A stretch of 64,000 nucleotides of DNA from Rhodospirillales bacterium. GTDB taxonomy: Bacteria; Pseudomonadota; Alphaproteobacteria; Rhodospirillales; Defluviicoccaceae. A program made the position numbers and the translations under genes. The DNA lies in contig REES01000041.1 in NCBI GenBank assembly GCA_007694935.1, positions 440 to 64,439 of the forward strand. The letters run 5' to 3'. Positions 31,602-40,582 of the stretch are shown here, one piece after another. The notes below the pieces were generated by a model. The model was not told where the DNA came from, searched no databases, and saw only the letters and a list, made by a program, of their open reading frames with translations. Position 1 is the first letter of the stretch; the number at the start of each line of letters is the position of its first letter.

Positions 31602-32084
31602 TCAGCGGAGGCTCTCCCGTCGTAGACCCTCGACCGCCTCGAGAACGGTGGCGACATGCCCCGGCACCCTCACTTGGCGCCACACCTCCCGGATCAGGCC
31701 GTCACCGTCGGCGAGGAAGGTGGCCCGCTCGATCCCCATGTACTTCTTGCCGTACATGCTTTTTTCCACCCACACGCCGAACGCCTCGCAGATGCGGCCA
31801 TCCTCGTCCGAGGCCAGGGTGAAGTTTAGGCCGTGCTTGGCCTTGAACCGATCGTGACTGGCGACGCTGTCGCGAGAGATGCCGACGACCCGCACCCCAG
31901 ACTGATCGAACTGTTCGAACTGGTCGCGGAAAGACACCGCCTCCTTGGTGCAACCGGAGGTGTCGTCCTTGGGATAGAAATACAGAACCACAGGCCGCCC
32001 CTGCAGGTCCCGGTTGTCGAGAGTGCCGCCGCCGTCGGTCGGCAGGGTGAAGTCGGGAAGCCGGTCGCCGATGCTCAGAGCCAT
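31602..32084 (-). CDS. bcp: Thiol peroxidase Bcp (peroxiredoxin)
   Basis: 'VVLYFYPKDDTSGCTKEA' is the peroxiredoxin Q/BCP active site. Confidence 0.9.
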   Translation of the reverse strand: MALSIGDRLPDFTLPTDGGGTLDNRDLQGRPVVLYFYPKDDTSGCTKEAVSFRDQFEQFDQSGVRVVGISRDSVASHDRFKAKHGLNFTLASDEDGRICEAFGVWVEKSMYGKKYMGIERATFLADGDGLIREVWRQVRVPGHVATVLEAVEGLRRESLR

Positions 32085-32376
32085 GAAAAGTCTCCCCTGT
32101 CCCTTGAAACGACCGGGTTACGGAAAGACGCAGCGCACGGATCAACCGGTTGCCCCCGCGGACCCCCCAAGTCAACGTCGCCGGGTTTCGCCCGCGCCTG
32201 TCATGGCCGTGCGCGTCACGGCCATCCACGTAAAGATCAGGGCACCATCGCGGTCCGAAACCGGGTTGCACCCCGGGCGGCGGCGGGCGACATTGGCTTG
32301 GCAGCAGGGCAGCCGACGGCGCCAAGCCGTCAGGATCAGGCCGTCTGGGACAGGCCTTCTGGGAGGTGTGGCCAGC

Positions 32377-33738
32377 ATGGCGTCGGTCCTGACTTCGCTG
32401 TCGGCGCTGATGATCGGCACCTCCCTGATCATGGCCGGGTCCGGTCTGCTGGGCTCCCTGGTGTCGGTGCGGCTGGGCGAGGCCGGCCATCTGAGCGCCG
32501 TGGTCGGCATCGTCACCGCCGGCTATTTTGCCGGCCTCGTGCTCGGCGGCTTTCACGCCCATCGCCTGATCGCCGGGGTTGGCCACATCCGGAGCTTCGC
32601 GGCGCTGGCCTGTTGCTTCGCCGCTGCCTCCCTGGCCCATCCGTTCCTGTTCGCGCCGGTCCCCTGGATGCTGCTGCGGTTCGTCGAGGGGGTCTGCATG
32701 GCCGGGCTGTTCGTCTGTATCGAGAGCTGGCTCAACCAGCAGGCGCCGGACGCCCAGCGCGGCCGGGTGCTGTCGCTCTACATGATCGTCATGTACTCGG
32801 CCCAGGCGGCGGGTCAGTTCGTGCTGCCATGGCCCGATCCGTCAGGTTTCGCATTGTTCGCGATCATCGCCATGGCAGCGACCCTGGGCGTCGTGCCGGT
32901 GGCGGGGGCGCGGGTGGCGGAACCGCACCGCCCGGAACCGGCCCGGGTCTCCCTCCGCGGCCTGTTCGCCGTGTCGCCGGTCGCGGTTACCGGCGCTTTC
33001 GCATCCGGCCTCGGTCTCGGCGCCTTCTACGGTCTCGGGCCGCTGTTCAGCCAGCAGGCCGGCCTCGACCTCGCGGAGACCGCCCGCTTCATGGCCGGTG
33101 CGATTCTTGGCGGCATGATCCTGCAATGGCCGATCGGGATGCTGTCCGACCGGCTCGAGCGCCGGACGGTGCTGGCCGGCGTCGGCCTCGGTCTGGCGGC
33201 GGTGAGCGCCTTGGTGGTCGGCTTCGGCGAGGGCGGGATGCTGCTGTATCTGTCGCCGCTGGTGGGCGCCGCGGTGTTCGCCCTCTATCCGGTGAGCGTG
33301 GCCCAGGCCAACGACCGAATCGCGGCGGCGGAGCGGCTCGGCGTCAGCGGCGGCTTGGTCACCACGTATGGCGTCGGCGCGGCCCTCGGGCCCGTGTTGG
33401 CGGCGGCAGCGATGAGCGGGATCGGCAGGGCAGGGCTGTTCACGTTCATCGGCGGAGTTGGCGTCGCCGTCGCGGTTTACGCTACGGTCCGAAAGGTGAG
33501 AGTGGCTCCGGCCGATGTGGCCGAGAAGGTTCCCTTCGTGGCCTTGCCCCGGACCACGCCGCTCGCCACCGAACTGGATCCGCGGTCGGAAGTGCCGCGA
33601 TCCGGGGGTGACGGGGATGACGCACCGGACGACCGACCGGACGACCGGGCAGAGGCCGGCGGCTCTTGTTCCGCCGGTGAGTCACCGTCGCCCTCGGCAC
33701 AAATGCAGCGCCGCGTCTCCGGTGACCCACCGCTTTGA
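32377..33738 (+). CDS. MFS transporter with acidic/Pro-rich C-terminal tail
   Basis: From 'MASVLTSLSALMIG' there are about 12 TM helices and an MFS loop motif. ATG 32377 lies within the longer track ORF. Confidence 0.8.
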   Translation: MASVLTSLSALMIGTSLIMAGSGLLGSLVSVRLGEAGHLSAVVGIVTAGYFAGLVLGGFHAHRLIAGVGHIRSFAALACCFAAASLAHPFLFAPVPWMLLRFVEGVCMAGLFVCIESWLNQQAPDAQRGRVLSLYMIVMYSAQAAGQFVLPWPDPSGFALFAIIAMAATLGVVPVAGARVAEPHRPEPARVSLRGLFAVSPVAVTGAFASGLGLGAFYGLGPLFSQQAGLDLAETARFMAGAILGGMILQWPIGMLSDRLERRTVLAGVGLGLAAVSALVVGFGEGGMLLYLSPLVGAAVFALYPVSVAQANDRIAAAERLGVSGGLVTTYGVGAALGPVLAAAAMSGIGRAGLFTFIGGVGVAVAVYATVRKVRVAPADVAEKVPFVALPRTTPLATELDPRSEVPRSGGDGDDAPDDRPDDRAEAGGSCSAGESPSPSAQMQRRVSGDPPL

Positions 33739-33776
33739 CAGCATGGCTTTGTGGTACGCCGATCCGTCGGCGGCAG

Positions 33777-33806
33777 TGCGCGCATTCTAGCGCGCGCATT
33801 TTTTTT
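33777..33806 (+). terminator. Rho-independent terminator after the MFS gene
   Basis: GC stem 'tgcgcgc...gcgcgca' followed by an 8-T run, about 40 nt after the stop at 33738. Confidence 0.65.
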
Positions 33807-34032
33807 GACAGGGGGTGCCGGGCAGCCTATTTTCGCGCGGTTTTTCGGGCCGGTTCGGCTCGTAACGGCTGAAGGCGCGCTCGGACGCGGGGGCGGAGCG
33901 CTCATCCCCACCGTGTCTGGCTATCCAACGAACGACGGCGATGCCGGCCTGAGACGTATCGGCCGTCGACTGCGAACAATCGGGGAGCGCGAGGGTCCGC
34001 TCGCCGCCACACGGGACAGGATTGGGAGAACG

Positions 34033-35586
34033 ATGCCTCTCGACGCCAAGGTTCTCGACGCATTTCGCGAACGGAAGAAGAAGGTCCTCGTCGGCGGCGG
34101 CGAGAAGAAAGCCGAGGAACGCCATGAGAAGGGCCTGCTGACCGCGCGCGAGCGCCTGATGCGGCTGTTCCAGCCGGACACGTTCCAGGAGATCGGTGCC
34201 TACGTTAAGCACCAGTGCACGTCGTTCGGGATGCAGAGCAAGGATTTCCCCGGCGACGGCATCGTGGTCGGCACCGGCTATGTCGAGGGTAAGCAGGTCT
34301 CGGCTTTCAGCCAGGACTTCACCGTCCTCGGCGGCTCTCTGGGCAAGATGCACGCCCGGCGCATGACCATGGGCATGGACTACGCGCTCAAGAACGGCAC
34401 GCCGCTGGTCGGCATTGCCGATTCGGGCGGGGCCCGTATCCAGGAAGGGGTCGACGCGCTCTCGGGCTATGGGGAGGTGTTCTACCGCAACGTGGTCCTG
34501 TCCGGCGTCGTGCCGCAGATCGCCATTATCGCCGGGCCTTGTGCCGGTGGCGCGTCGTACTCGCCGGCACTGATGGACTTCATCATCATGACCCGGCAGA
34601 ACGCCCAGCTGTTCATCACCGGCCCCAATGTCATCAAGGCGGTAACCGGCCGCCAAGTGACCATGGAGGAGGTGGGCGGCGCCGACATGCACGCCTCGGT
34701 CAGCGGCAACGTCCACTTCGTGGCCGAGACGGACCGGGAGGCGATCGACATCGCCAAGCGCATCCTGTCGTTCGTGCCGGCCAACAACTCCGAGGATCCG
34801 CCGCACCGGCCGACCCCGGCGGTGACCATGGCCGAGGATCCGGGCATGGACAAGCTTGCCCAATCCGATCCGTCGGCGCCGATGGACATGCACGGGATCG
34901 TGCGCCGGCTGGTGGACAACGGCGATTTTCTCGAGGTCCATGCCGGCTTTGCCAAGAACATCATCGTCGGGTTCGGCCGGGTGGAGGGCATCGTCGTCGG
35001 CTTCCTTGCCAACAACTCGATGGAGAAGGCCGGCTGCCTCGATATCGATTCGTCGGACAAGGGCGCCCGCTTCATCCGCTTCTGCAACGCCTTCAACATT
35101 CCCATCACCACCCTGGTGGACGTGCCCGGCTTCCTGCCCGGGATCGAGCAGGAGAGGGGCGGGATCATCCGTCACGGCGCCAAGATGCTGTTCGCCTATT
35201 CGAGCTCGACGGTGCCGAAAATCACCATCCTCTGCCGCAAGTCATATGGCGGCGCCTACCTCGCCATGTGCAGCCAGGACCTGGGGGCCGACGTGATCTA
35301 CGCTTGGCCCACCGCGGAGGTGGCGGTGATGGGGGCCGACGGCGCGGTCAACATCCTGTACAACCGCGAGCTGAAGGAGGCGGACGACGCTGCCGCCAAG
35401 CGGGCCGAACTGGTGTCCGAGTATCGGGCGGAGTTCGCCTCGCCCTACCTGGCCGCGGCGCGCGGTTACGTCACCGACATCATCGAGCCGTCGCGTACCC
35501 GTTCGGTGCTGTCCATGTCGCTCCGCAAGCTCATGAACAAGCGGGAGATGCGGCCGCCGAAAAAGCACGGCAACATCCCGCTCTGA
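34033..35586 (+). CDS. mmdA: Methylmalonyl-CoA-type carboxyltransferase (decarboxylase alpha subunit, MmdA-like)
   Basis: 517 aa of the carboxyl-transferase (PccB/12S) family: 'HEKGLLTARERL', 'DFTVLGGSLG', 'DSGGARIQEG', 'AGPCAGGASYSPAL', 'GGAYLAM'. It is followed by OadG-, BCCP- and OadB-like genes, and no biotin carboxylase is present. Confidence 0.85.
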   Translation: MPLDAKVLDAFRERKKKVLVGGGEKKAEERHEKGLLTARERLMRLFQPDTFQEIGAYVKHQCTSFGMQSKDFPGDGIVVGTGYVEGKQVSAFSQDFTVLGGSLGKMHARRMTMGMDYALKNGTPLVGIADSGGARIQEGVDALSGYGEVFYRNVVLSGVVPQIAIIAGPCAGGASYSPALMDFIIMTRQNAQLFITGPNVIKAVTGRQVTMEEVGGADMHASVSGNVHFVAETDREAIDIAKRILSFVPANNSEDPPHRPTPAVTMAEDPGMDKLAQSDPSAPMDMHGIVRRLVDNGDFLEVHAGFAKNIIVGFGRVEGIVVGFLANNSMEKAGCLDIDSSDKGARFIRFCNAFNIPITTLVDVPGFLPGIEQERGGIIRHGAKMLFAYSSSTVPKITILCRKSYGGAYLAMCSQDLGADVIYAWPTAEVAVMGADGAVNILYNRELKEADDAAAKRAELVSEYRAEFASPYLAAARGYVTDIIEPSRTRSVLSMSLRKLMNKREMRPPKKHGNIPL

Positions 35587-35656
35587 CCGGATCCGGGTTG
35601 ATCATGGTCCGCCGTCCCCCGAGGGCCGGCGAATCGAGGTAAGAGGGAACGGCCCG

Positions 35657-36073
35657 ATGGAACCACTTGCAGAGATCGCACCACTGGTAGAAGAAGTTCC
35701 GGAGCAGGTCTTCACGGTCATGGATGGGCTCACCACCGGGCTCATCGGCTACGGACTGATGATCGTGGTGGCTTTGGCGTCGGCGGTGCTGATCCGGGTC
35801 ATCGTTGTTGCCCTGCATGGCATGCAGAAGGCGCAGCAGACCAAGCTCGCCGCTGCGGGTCCGCCGACGGCGGTATCGGTTGCCGTCGCACCACCTGCGT
35901 CGGCGGCCGAGGAGCAGGCACGACATGCCGCCGTCATTGCGGCGGCGGTGTACGCCATGATCGGCGCGCATCGACTGGTCTATGTGAGCGAGGCAGAGAC
36001 CAGCCCTACGTGGCGCACCACCGGCCGAGCCATCCATCAGACATCGCGCATTTCGAAGCGGGCGCCGCAGTAA
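35657..36073 (+). CDS. OadG/MmdD-like small membrane subunit
   Basis: Single N-terminal TM helix ('GLIGYGLMIVVALASAVLIRVIVV'), an Ala/Pro linker, and 'AAVIAAAVYAMIG' near the C-terminus, as in the gamma/delta subunits of Na+ decarboxylases. Alternative start at 35720. Confidence 0.55.
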   Translation: MEPLAEIAPLVEEVPEQVFTVMDGLTTGLIGYGLMIVVALASAVLIRVIVVALHGMQKAQQTKLAAAGPPTAVSVAVAPPASAAEEQARHAAVIAAAVYAMIGAHRLVYVSEAETSPTWRTTGRAIHQTSRISKRAPQ

Positions 36074-36112
36074 ACGGCGTGACCGTCGAGGGGACAGTCG
36101 AGGGGACCATCC

Positions 36113-36514
36113 ATGACCAAGCATCTCAAGATCACCGTCGAAGGCAAGGTTTACGACGTAATCGTCGAGGACGTCAGCGAGGATGCCCACAGCACCTTCT
36201 ATCAGATGCCGTCCTCGCCGATGCCGGCGGGACCCGCCGCCCGGCCGCAGGCGGCACCGGCGGCGGCTCCAGCAGCAGCAGCACCGGCGGCTGCGGCAGG
36301 CGCCAACGACAAGGTCGCCCCGATCGGCGGTGTCATCGTCGAAGTGAGTGTCAAGGAAGGGGCGCAGGTCAAGGCCGGCGACAAGCTCGCCGTCATCGAG
36401 GCCATGAAGATGAAGACCATCGTCGGCGCCGACCATGACGGTACCGTCCAGAACATCCGGGTCCGAGAAGGGGATGCGGTGGAGGCTGGTCAGGTTCTCA
36501 TGACGATCGCTTGA
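36113..36514 (+). CDS. Biotin carboxyl carrier protein subunit (MmdC/GcdC-like)
   Basis: Ala/Pro-rich linker and biotinyl domain 'LAVIEAMKMKTIV'. Confidence 0.85.
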   Translation: MTKHLKITVEGKVYDVIVEDVSEDAHSTFYQMPSSPMPAGPAARPQAAPAAAPAAAAPAAAAGANDKVAPIGGVIVEVSVKEGAQVKAGDKLAVIEAMKMKTIVGADHDGTVQNIRVREGDAVEAGQVLMTIA

Positions 36515-36538
36515 CGTTGGCGTTGGGGAGCGATCGGT

Positions 36539-37804
36539 ATGGAACAACTCGACTTGCTTCAGATCTTCCAGGGTGTCGCTACCCTGGTCGACTCGGCGCA
36601 GACCGAGCCGATTATTTTCTTCACCCGGATCGGCCTGATCCTCCTGGGCTGTGCGCTGATCTACCTGGCGCAGAAGGGCGTCCTCGAGGCACTGCTGATG
36701 GTGCCCATGGGCCTCGGCATGGCGGCGGTGAATGCCGCGGTGATGTTCGTGCCGCCAAGGATGGCCTACGAGATTCCGGAGGTGGGCGATCCCAAGGGTA
36801 CCCTGTTCCTCAACCCGCTGATCAGCGAGGGGGACCAGTTCATCACCATTTTGCAGATCGACTGGCTGCAGCCGATCTTCTCGTTCTCGTTCTCCAACGG
36901 CCTGATCGCCTGCCTTATCTTCCTCGGCATCGGGACGCTGCTCGATGTGGGCTTCGTGATGGCCCGGCCGTTCCGGAGCATGTTCATCGCCATCTGTGCC
37001 GAGTTGGGGACCGTCATCGCGCTACCGCTTGCCATCATGATGGGGATGTCTCTTCCTGATGCGGCGGCAACTGCCACGATCGGCGGGGCGGACGGCCCGA
37101 TGATCCTGTTCGCAGCCTTGATGCTGTCGGAAGAGTTGTTCGTGCCGATCACCGTGGTCGCATACCTCTACCTCGGCCTGATCTACGGCGGCTATCCGTT
37201 CCTCATCAAGGCCATGGTTCCGCGGCATATCCGCGGCATGAAAATGCCGCCGGAAAAACCGGTGAACATCACCCCGGGGGAGAAGATCGTGTTCTCGGTG
37301 ATCGCCGCGATCGCGCTCTGCATGCTGTTCCCGGTGGCGTCGCCGCTGTTCTTCTCGCTGTTCCTTGGTGTGATCGTGCGGGAGGCGGGGCTCACCCACT
37401 ACAAGGAGGTTCTGGGCGGTCCGGTGTTGTACGGTGCCACCTTCTTTCTGGGCCTGCTGCTGGGCGTCCTGGTGGAGGCGAGCACCATCCTCAATCCGGA
37501 CGTGCTGATCCTTCTGGTGGTCGGCATCCTGGCGCTGTTGTTCTCCGGTATCGGCGGCATTCTCGGCGGCTACGTCCTCTATTATGCCACCGGGAAGAAG
37601 TACAATCCGGTGATTGGCATCGCCGGGGTGAGTTGTATCCCGACGGTGGCCAAGGTGGCACAGAAGTCCGTCTCCGAGGTCACCCCGGATGCCATCGTGA
37701 TGCACCATGCGCTGGGGGCCAGCATCAGCGGGGTGATCACCTCCGCCATCTTTGCGGCGGTGCTGATCAGCGTGGTGCGGGCCGCCGGGTTGGGGATGTT
37801 CTAG
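36539..37804 (+). CDS. Na+-translocating decarboxylase beta subunit (OadB/MmdB/GcdB family)
   Basis: 421 aa polytopic membrane protein. The blocks 'FFTRIGLILLGCALIYLA', 'GGADGPMILF' and 'IGIAGVSCIPTVAKVAQ' are typical of the OadB family. Confidence 0.9.
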   Translation: MEQLDLLQIFQGVATLVDSAQTEPIIFFTRIGLILLGCALIYLAQKGVLEALLMVPMGLGMAAVNAAVMFVPPRMAYEIPEVGDPKGTLFLNPLISEGDQFITILQIDWLQPIFSFSFSNGLIACLIFLGIGTLLDVGFVMARPFRSMFIAICAELGTVIALPLAIMMGMSLPDAAATATIGGADGPMILFAALMLSEELFVPITVVAYLYLGLIYGGYPFLIKAMVPRHIRGMKMPPEKPVNITPGEKIVFSVIAAIALCMLFPVASPLFFSLFLGVIVREAGLTHYKEVLGGPVLYGATFFLGLLLGVLVEASTILNPDVLILLVVGILALLFSGIGGILGGYVLYYATGKKYNPVIGIAGVSCIPTVAKVAQKSVSEVTPDAIVMHHALGASISGVITSAIFAAVLISVVRAAGLGMF

Positions 37805-37808
37805 GCTT

Positions 37809-38084
37809 GTGACGTCGGAGGGCAACAACCGCCGACGTCCGTTGTGGCGCAGGCTGCCCCGGGCCTTCTATTGGGTCACCGGGGCAGCCGTAGCCCTCCT
37901 GGGGGCGATCATCTTTCGTGACCTGGCTGAGGGAACGCCGCTCCAGACCCAGTTCATCATCTGGATGATCGGCAGCGTATTCGTCTTCCTGGGCCTCGTC
38001 ATCGTGTCCATCGGCGTCAAGGCGCGCCTGCACGACGATGACGATGACCAGGGCACCGGCGGGTCCCCGCCGGCGCCGCCCTGA
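37809..38084 (+). CDS. Hypothetical two-TM membrane protein
   Basis: 91 aa with a GTG start 4 nt after the oadB-like stop. It has two clear hydrophobic helices and an acidic 'DDDDDQG' tail, and belongs to no family I recognise. Confidence 0.4.
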   Translation: MTSEGNNRRRPLWRRLPRAFYWVTGAAVALLGAIIFRDLAEGTPLQTQFIIWMIGSVFVFLGLVIVSIGVKARLHDDDDDQGTGGSPPAPP

Positions 38085-38219
38085 CCACGACGGCATGGGC
38101 CTGCAGGCAAGGCCAGATCAAACAGGCTCTGTCAGGTCGGTTGGGCGTGCCGGTCCGGGTGCTTCGGTGATGGCCGGGCGGCGGGCGGGCATGGTCCCCG
38201 CCGGCTTCGCTTCCAGCGG

Positions 38220-38293
38220 TGGAGCGGGCGAAGGGAATCGAACCCTCGTCTAAAGCTTGGGAAGCTTTCGTTCTACCATTGAACTACGCCCGC
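38220..38293 (-). tRNA. tRNA-Gly (anticodon CCC)
   Basis: The reverse complement 'gcgggcgtagttcaatggtagaacgaaagcttCCCaagctttagacgagggttcgattcccttcgcccgctcca' folds as a cloverleaf with a GGTTCGATTCC T-arm, a CCC anticodon and an encoded CCA. Confidence 0.9.
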
Positions 38294-38455
38294 AACCGTG
38301 AACCTCTATAGGCCAATCCCGCTCCGGTCGCAAGATCGCGCTCCCGGGGCAGGGGCCGATCGTCCTCGCGAACTCGTGAGACGATGTGCCTTGGCTTCCG
38401 TGCCGGCAGACGCTAGCTAGCCGATGGGGAGAGCCAACCGGAATCGAGGAGCCCC

Positions 38456-39415
38456 ATGCCCGACACCGCCGCCGTGGCTGCTGTGCCCATCGTCTCGGAG
38501 AAGTTTCGCCATCCCGACGTGACGGCCAAGGGGGAACCGCGCGCGTTCGTGGCGCTCACCCGGCTTCGCACCGTCTGGATCAACACCGGCAGCCTCTGCA
38601 ACCTCACCTGCGAGAACTGTTACATCGAGTCGAGCCCGACCAACGACCGTCTGGTCTATCTGACCGCGGCGGAAGTGTCGGAATACCTGGACGAGATCGG
38701 GCGGGAGCGGATGCCGGTGGAGGAGATCGGTTTCACCGGCGGCGAGCCGTTCATGAACCGGGACTTGCCCGCCATGTTGGCAGATTGCCTCGCCCGTGGC
38801 TTCCGGGCGCTGGTACTGACCAACGCGATGAAGCCGATGCACCATCGCAAAGCCGACCTCCTCGCGCTGAAGGAGCGCTTCGGGCCGGCGCTGCGGCTCC
38901 GCGTCTCCCTGGACCACTATCAGGCCGAACAGCACGAGTGGCTCCGCGGCCGCCGATCCTGGGTGCCGGCGGTGGAGGGGTTGCGCTGGCTCGCTGCCAA
39001 CGGCTTCACCCTGGACGTTGCCGGCCGCACCCTGTGGGATGAATCGGAGGAGTCGCTCCGTGCCGGCTTTGCCGAGCTGTTCCGTGCCGAAGCCATCGCC
39101 ATCGACGCCTGGGACCCGGGAGCGCTGGTGCTGTTCCCGGAAATGGACACCGCCCGTGACGTGCCGGAGATCACCGTGCATTGCTGGCAGATCCTGGGCG
39201 TGTCTCCCGACAGCATGATGTGCGCGTCGTCCCGGATGATCGTCAAGCGCAAGGGGGCGGAAGCGCCGGTGGTCCTCCCCTGCACGTTGCTGCCTTACGA
39301 CCCGCAGTTCGAGCTGGGTCGCTGGCTGGCGGAGAGCCATCGTTCGGTCAAGCTCAACCATCCGTTCTGCGCCCAGTTCTGCGTGCTGGGCCGCGCCTCC
39401 TGCTCGGCCCGCTAG
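38456..39415 (+). CDS. Radical SAM protein (function unknown)
   Basis: 'CNLTCENCY' is a CX3CX2C motif. There is a 'GGEPF' SAM-binding block and a Cys-rich C-terminus ('CASS...CTLL...FCAQFCVLGRASCS'). Confidence 0.8.
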   Translation: MPDTAAVAAVPIVSEKFRHPDVTAKGEPRAFVALTRLRTVWINTGSLCNLTCENCYIESSPTNDRLVYLTAAEVSEYLDEIGRERMPVEEIGFTGGEPFMNRDLPAMLADCLARGFRALVLTNAMKPMHHRKADLLALKERFGPALRLRVSLDHYQAEQHEWLRGRRSWVPAVEGLRWLAANGFTLDVAGRTLWDESEESLRAGFAELFRAEAIAIDAWDPGALVLFPEMDTARDVPEITVHCWQILGVSPDSMMCASSRMIVKRKGAEAPVVLPCTLLPYDPQFELGRWLAESHRSVKLNHPFCAQFCVLGRASCSAR

Positions 39416-39662
39416 TGGATCGGATTTGACGCTTGGATCGCCACACTCAGATCGGTCGATCAATTAAGCTTCTGATCTGGTGGTTCTATTCAGCCCATGG
39501 GTGGGTCTCATCCGTTGGTTGGATCGAACCACCAGCCGCGTTTCAGGCCGGCCTGCCGGCGTCGCACTGCTAGGAACAAGTGCCCGGCCCGCTTTTCCCG
39601 ATGCGTTCTGCCAGCGGAATCGATACTCTGGAAAGAAACGCATGGGAGGATGGAAAACGGGC

Positions 39663-40463
39663 ATGAACACGGAGTTCAGCGAACAGGTCCGTAGCTTGGC
39701 ACACGGAATCTGGCGGTCGGCCGGCCAGGACAGCGAACGGGCGTTCGACTACTGGCTGATGGCCGAGCAGATGGTGCTGGAACTGGTCACCTCCATGGCG
39801 CGGGTCGGCGCCAGCACCGCCAAGTCCACCGCGGCGTCCATGTTGCGAACGCGGTCGCTCATGGCGAGCCTGTATCTGGAGAGGGTTCGTGACCTTTCCT
39901 ACCAGATGTGGGAAGCGGGCGGGCAGCAGTACGGCCGTGCCATGGACTACTGGATCGCCGCCGAGCGCCATGTCTCGGCGATGATGATGACACAGGCGCA
40001 GGCTTCACCGGCCGCCGGCCCGGAAGCCGCGGCAAAGGCAGTGGAATCGTTCTCGGCGACCGAGCACCTGGAACGCATCCGCTTGGCCGCCTACTACATG
40101 TGGGAGAAGGCTGGCCGACAATACGGTGACTCCCTGGAGTACTGGCTGGCGGCTGAGCGCCAGATCCTGGAATCGCTGGGTGCGGATGTGCCGCCGGCCG
40201 CCGGCAGTGCGACGCCGGACGTGCACGAGCGCGGAAGCACCTCCCCCGGTGGGCGTGGCGATGCCGCCGCTTCTGCAGCAGCACCCGCCGGGCCTCGCCC
40301 GCGGCAGGGGCGCGGGCGGACGACCCGGGCGAACGGCAAAGCGGGCGGCGAGGCCACGCCATCGGCCACGGCGGCAACGCCTAAGGCCGCGGAATCCGGT
40401 GAAGCAACCGCGGTGGTGCGGGTCCGCCGGCTCGGCCCGGCCGGCACATCGGCCACCCGCTGA
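39663..40463 (+). CDS. Protein with three DUF2934-like repeats and a basic low-complexity tail
   Basis: Three copies of 'A..(I/M)W...G...(R/D)..(D/E)YW..AE(Q/R)' occur at intervals of about 65 aa. Upstream in-frame ATG at 39642. Confidence 0.6.
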   Translation: MNTEFSEQVRSLAHGIWRSAGQDSERAFDYWLMAEQMVLELVTSMARVGASTAKSTAASMLRTRSLMASLYLERVRDLSYQMWEAGGQQYGRAMDYWIAAERHVSAMMMTQAQASPAAGPEAAAKAVESFSATEHLERIRLAAYYMWEKAGRQYGDSLEYWLAAERQILESLGADVPPAAGSATPDVHERGSTSPGGRGDAAASAAAPAGPRPRQGRGRTTRANGKAGGEATPSATAATPKAAESGEATAVVRVRRLGPAGTSATR

Positions 40464-40582
40464 ACCGAAGCCGGCCGGGTCCAGCTTGGCGCCCCGGGGG
40501 TACGTGACGGCGGCGGCGCAGCGCATGCCGCCGGTGGAGTGGTTGTCGTGGTCGGATCTCAGATCTCAAGATCGCCGGGCGA

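Noticed and set aside
38085-38455. Possible genomic-island boundary at tRNA-Gly
   Set aside because: There is no integrase, no direct repeat of the tRNA 3' end and no transposase anywhere in the window. Only the unusual taxonomic flavour of the adjacent decarboxylase cluster hints at transfer, and that is reported separately.
39477-39535. tRNA-like fragment: the minus strand reads 'ggtGGTTCGATCCaacc' (T-arm-like), flanked by a 10-bp inverted repeat
   Set aside because: No matching acceptor stem, D-arm or anticodon arm can be built. It does not repeat the 3' end of the nearby tRNA-Gly, so there is no att-site evidence. I treat it as chance, or at most a structured leader.
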